This document shows, one piece after another, positions 48,314-50,760 of a stretch of 50,760 nucleotides of DNA; within the stretch, counting starts at the first letter, position 1, and each line of letters begins with the position of its first letter. A program made the translations under genes and the position numbers. The notes beneath the pieces are model-generated. The model saw nothing but the letters and a program-made list of their open reading frames with translations, was not told the origin of the DNA and made no database searches. The DNA comes from Candidatus Krumholzibacteriia bacterium (GTDB lineage: Bacteria > Krumholzibacteriota > Krumholzibacteriia > LZORAL124-64-63): contig JAWOID010000138.1 in assembly GCA_046484865.1 (NCBI GenBank), positions 1 to 50,760 on the forward strand, written 5' to 3'.

Positions 48314-48544
48314 CCGCGCGCCGGGCGGCGAGACTGCTCTTCATCCGACGATCCCCGGCACGAATCGAATTCGATGTGGCGATGGCGATCCGTCAGCGAT
48401 GTCGCCGGCGATTCTCCTGTCGATTACCTCCCTTCAGGATCGGGCGAGCGAAGTGGCTGCTCCGAGCGTGGTCGCCTATATCTGGAGACATGCCCGGGTT
48501 CGAGGGGACGGCGCCGGTCCGGCGCGGTGCTCGAGGAGGTCGTC

Positions 48545-49687
48545 ATGTTCGAGCGCGCCCTGCGCAGAAAGGTCGAAAGCCTGCTCGATGCTGCCGGCAT
48601 CGAGATCGATGGTCCCGAACCCCACGACATCCAGATCCACGACGACCGCTTCTATGCCCGGGTCATGCGCGGCGGCGCGCTGGGGCTGGGGGAAGCGTAC
48701 ATGGACGGGTGGTGGGACTGCGAACGTCTGGACGAGTTCTTCAACCGCGTGTTGCGCGCGAGGCTCGACGCCCGGGTCCGGGGGCGCCGATGGTGGCTCA
48801 CGCATCTGAGATCGCGGCTGTTCAACCTGCAGAAGCCATTGCGGGCGCGCCGGGCGGTGGGTCGCCACTACGATCTCGGCAACGATCTGTTCCAGCGCAT
48901 GCTCGATCGTCGCATGATCTACAGCTGCGGTTTCTGGCAGGACGCCCGGACCCTCGACGAGGCGCAGGAAGCCAAGCTGGAGCTGGTCTGCCGCAAGCTG
49001 CACCTCGAGCGGGGCATGCGCGTCCTGGACATCGGCTGCGGCTGGGGCGGCGCGGCGCGCTGGGCGGCTTCACGGCACGGCGTGGAGGTGGTCGGCGTGA
49101 CCATCTCGGCGGCGCAGGCCGAGGTGGCGCGCGAGACCTGCCGCGGGCTGCCGGTCGAGATCCGCCTGCAGGACTACCGCAGCGTCGACGAGCCGTTCGA
49201 CCGCATCTTCTCCCTGGGCATGATCGAGCACGTCGGCCACCGCAACCACCGGAGCTTCATGCGGGTGGCCCGGCGCTGCCTTACGGACGACGGTCTGCTC
49301 CTGCTCCACACCATCGGCAGCAACACCAGCAACGTGAACGGCGACGCCTGGACCGACCGCTACGTGTTCCCGGACAGCTTGCTGCCGTCGGCACGTCAGC
49401 TGGCGGAGGCCAGCGAGGGGCTCCTGGTGCTCGAGGACTGGCACGGCTTCGGACCGTACTACGATCCGACCCTCATGCAGTGGCATCGCAACGTCGTCGC
49501 ACATCGGCAAGATCTCGAGTCGCGCTACGACCGCCACTTCTTCCGCATGTGGCGCTATTACCTGCTCTCGTGCGCGGGATCCTTCCGGGCCAGGAAGAAC
49601 CAGGTGTGGCAGCTGGTCCTCTCTCGTCGCGGGGTGCCCGAGGGGTATCGTTCCATCCGATCTGCGCCCGCGCCGGCACGATCCTGA
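48545..49687 (+). CDS. cfa: Cyclopropane-fatty-acyl-phospholipid synthase
   Basis: LGLGEAYMDGWW, HYDLGNDLF..MLD.RM.YSCG.W, VLDIGCGWGG, MIEHVG, RMWRYYL.SCAG.FRAR. GGAGG RBS. Confidence 0.95.
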   Translation: MFERALRRKVESLLDAAGIEIDGPEPHDIQIHDDRFYARVMRGGALGLGEAYMDGWWDCERLDEFFNRVLRARLDARVRGRRWWLTHLRSRLFNLQKPLRARRAVGRHYDLGNDLFQRMLDRRMIYSCGFWQDARTLDEAQEAKLELVCRKLHLERGMRVLDIGCGWGGAARWAASRHGVEVVGVTISAAQAEVARETCRGLPVEIRLQDYRSVDEPFDRIFSLGMIEHVGHRNHRSFMRVARRCLTDDGLLLLHTIGSNTSNVNGDAWTDRYVFPDSLLPSARQLAEASEGLLVLEDWHGFGPYYDPTLMQWHRNVVAHRQDLESRYDRHFFRMWRYYLLSCAGSFRARKNQVWQLVLSRRGVPEGYRSIRSAPAPARS

Positions 49688-49747
49688 CCGGCACCGCGAT
49701 TCGCGGGGCGACGTCGGCCGCCAGGCCCGGGGAAAGGAGAAGCATCC

Positions 49748-50200
49748 ATGAGGGCGTACGCAAGGTTCGGCGCCATGATCGCGACCTCGACCGTCGTCAT
49801 GTTCGGACTCATGTATCTGAACACCTATCGGCTGGAGCACGTGGTCTACAGCGAGACGCGCACCTACATGGCGCTCATGATGGGAGCGACCATGGCGGTC
49901 ATCATGCTGAGCTTCATGTGGAAGATGCATACCAATCGGGCGGTGAACATCGGCATCTACGCCGGCAGCGTCGTCGTGTTCGCGATGGCGCTCTGGCTCG
50001 TCCGCAGCCAGACGACCGTCCAGGACGTGTCGTACATGAAGGCGATGATCCCGCACCATTCGATCGCGATCCTGACGAGCACCCGCGCCGAGTTATCCGA
50101 TCCGCGAGTCCGCGAGCTCGCCGACGAGATCATCGAGACCCAGCGCGAGGAGATCAGGGAGATGAGGGCGCTGATCAGCGAACTGGAAGGCAGCAGGTAG
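49748..50200 (+). CDS. DUF305 family membrane protein (ferritin-like C-terminal helices)
   Basis: Three TM segments followed by YMKAMIPHHSIAILTS...LADEII.TQREEI..M. AAGGAG RBS. Confidence 0.88.
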   Translation: MRAYARFGAMIATSTVVMFGLMYLNTYRLEHVVYSETRTYMALMMGATMAVIMLSFMWKMHTNRAVNIGIYAGSVVVFAMALWLVRSQTTVQDVSYMKAMIPHHSIAILTSTRAELSDPRVRELADEIIETQREEIREMRALISELEGSR

Positions 50201-50288
50201 CGCCGAGGACGCGGCCGGGCCCCGGATGACCGCCGGCCGCCTCGAGCCGGTCGCCCGGCCCACCGACGGAAGGTCAGGAATCGCCGCC

Positions 50289-50760
50289 ATGAACTTCGTG
50301 AGCCGGTTCTGGGAGCCGCTTCGCTCCAGCCTCTGGTTCATCCCCGCGCTGATGATGGGCGGCGCCGTCCTCCTGGCGTTCGCGCTGATCGCGGTGGACC
50401 AGAGGCTCGGCGGGTCGGCGACGCAGCGCTGGCCGTTGTTGTTCGGCGCCGGTGCCGACGGTTCGCGAGGGGTGCTGTCGGCGATCGCGGGATCGATGAT
50501 CACGGTGGCCGGCGTGACGTTCTCCATCACCGTGGTCGCCCTGTCGCTGACGGCGAGCCAGTATTCGTCACGAGTGTTGCGGAACTTCATGCGGGACCGC
50601 GCCAACCAGACCGTCCTGGGCGTATTCGTGGCGGTGTTCACGTACTGCCTGATCGTCTTGCGCGCCATCCGAGGGGGCGACCGTGACATCTTCGTACCCG
50701 ATCTCTCGGTGCTGGTCGGGGTCGTGCTGGCGCTGATCGCGATCGGGTTCCTGATCTACT
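50289..50760 (+). CDS. DUF2254 family membrane protein, truncated at the window end
   Basis: Not in the ORF track because it has no stop codon in the window. Manual translation: MNFVSRFWEPLRSSLWFIPALM...LSAIAGSMITVAGVTFSITVVALSLTASQYSSRVLRNFMRDRANQTVLGVF. Confidence 0.85.
   Translation, partial: MNFVSRFWEPLRSSLWFIPALMMGGAVLLAFALIAVDQRLGGSATQRWPLLFGAGADGSRGVLSAIAGSMITVAGVTFSITVVALSLTASQYSSRVLRNFMRDRANQTVLGVFVAVFTYCLIVLRAIRGGDRDIFVPDLSVLVGVVLALIAIGFLIY

Noticed and set aside
48364..48375. Perfect 12-bp palindrome ATCGAATTCGAT upstream of cfa
   Set aside because: A single short palindrome with no identifiable promoter context or cognate regulator.

Overview
High-GC (roughly 70% by eye) bacterial chromosomal segment carrying about 40 densely packed housekeeping and accessory genes. 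No rRNA, tRNA, CRISPR array or intact transposase was seen. A large secreted protein with a T9SS-type C-terminal domain suggests an FCB-group lineage such as Krumholzibacteriota/Latescibacterota (inference). Main content: a CsgG-like protein; glyoxylate shunt aceB-aceA followed by alanine-glyoxylate aminotransferase; a loose (poly)phosphate neighbourhood (PPK2, Pfk, CHAD, and a MOP-superfamily membrane protein resembling animal ANKH); MscS; a CASTOR/POLLUX-like channel; a five-gene amine-catabolic operon with Bacillus yodTSRQ-like order ending in gabT; a diheme cytochrome c; an MBOAT + SGNH O-acyltransferase pair; prolyl oligopeptidase; a TetR-TolC-MFP-RND efflux operon; and cfa. Features not obvious from the ORF track: a ~158-bp MITE-like element with perfect 19-bp terminal inverted repeats, a frameshifted IS1/InsA-like zinc-ribbon remnant, an orphan multicopper oxidase fragment, a sigma70 promoter flanked by operator-like palindromes before the DUF2239 gene, and in-frame tandem-repeat or low-complexity insertions in at least seven unrelated genes. 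All family calls come from motif recognition by eye; no database search was run.
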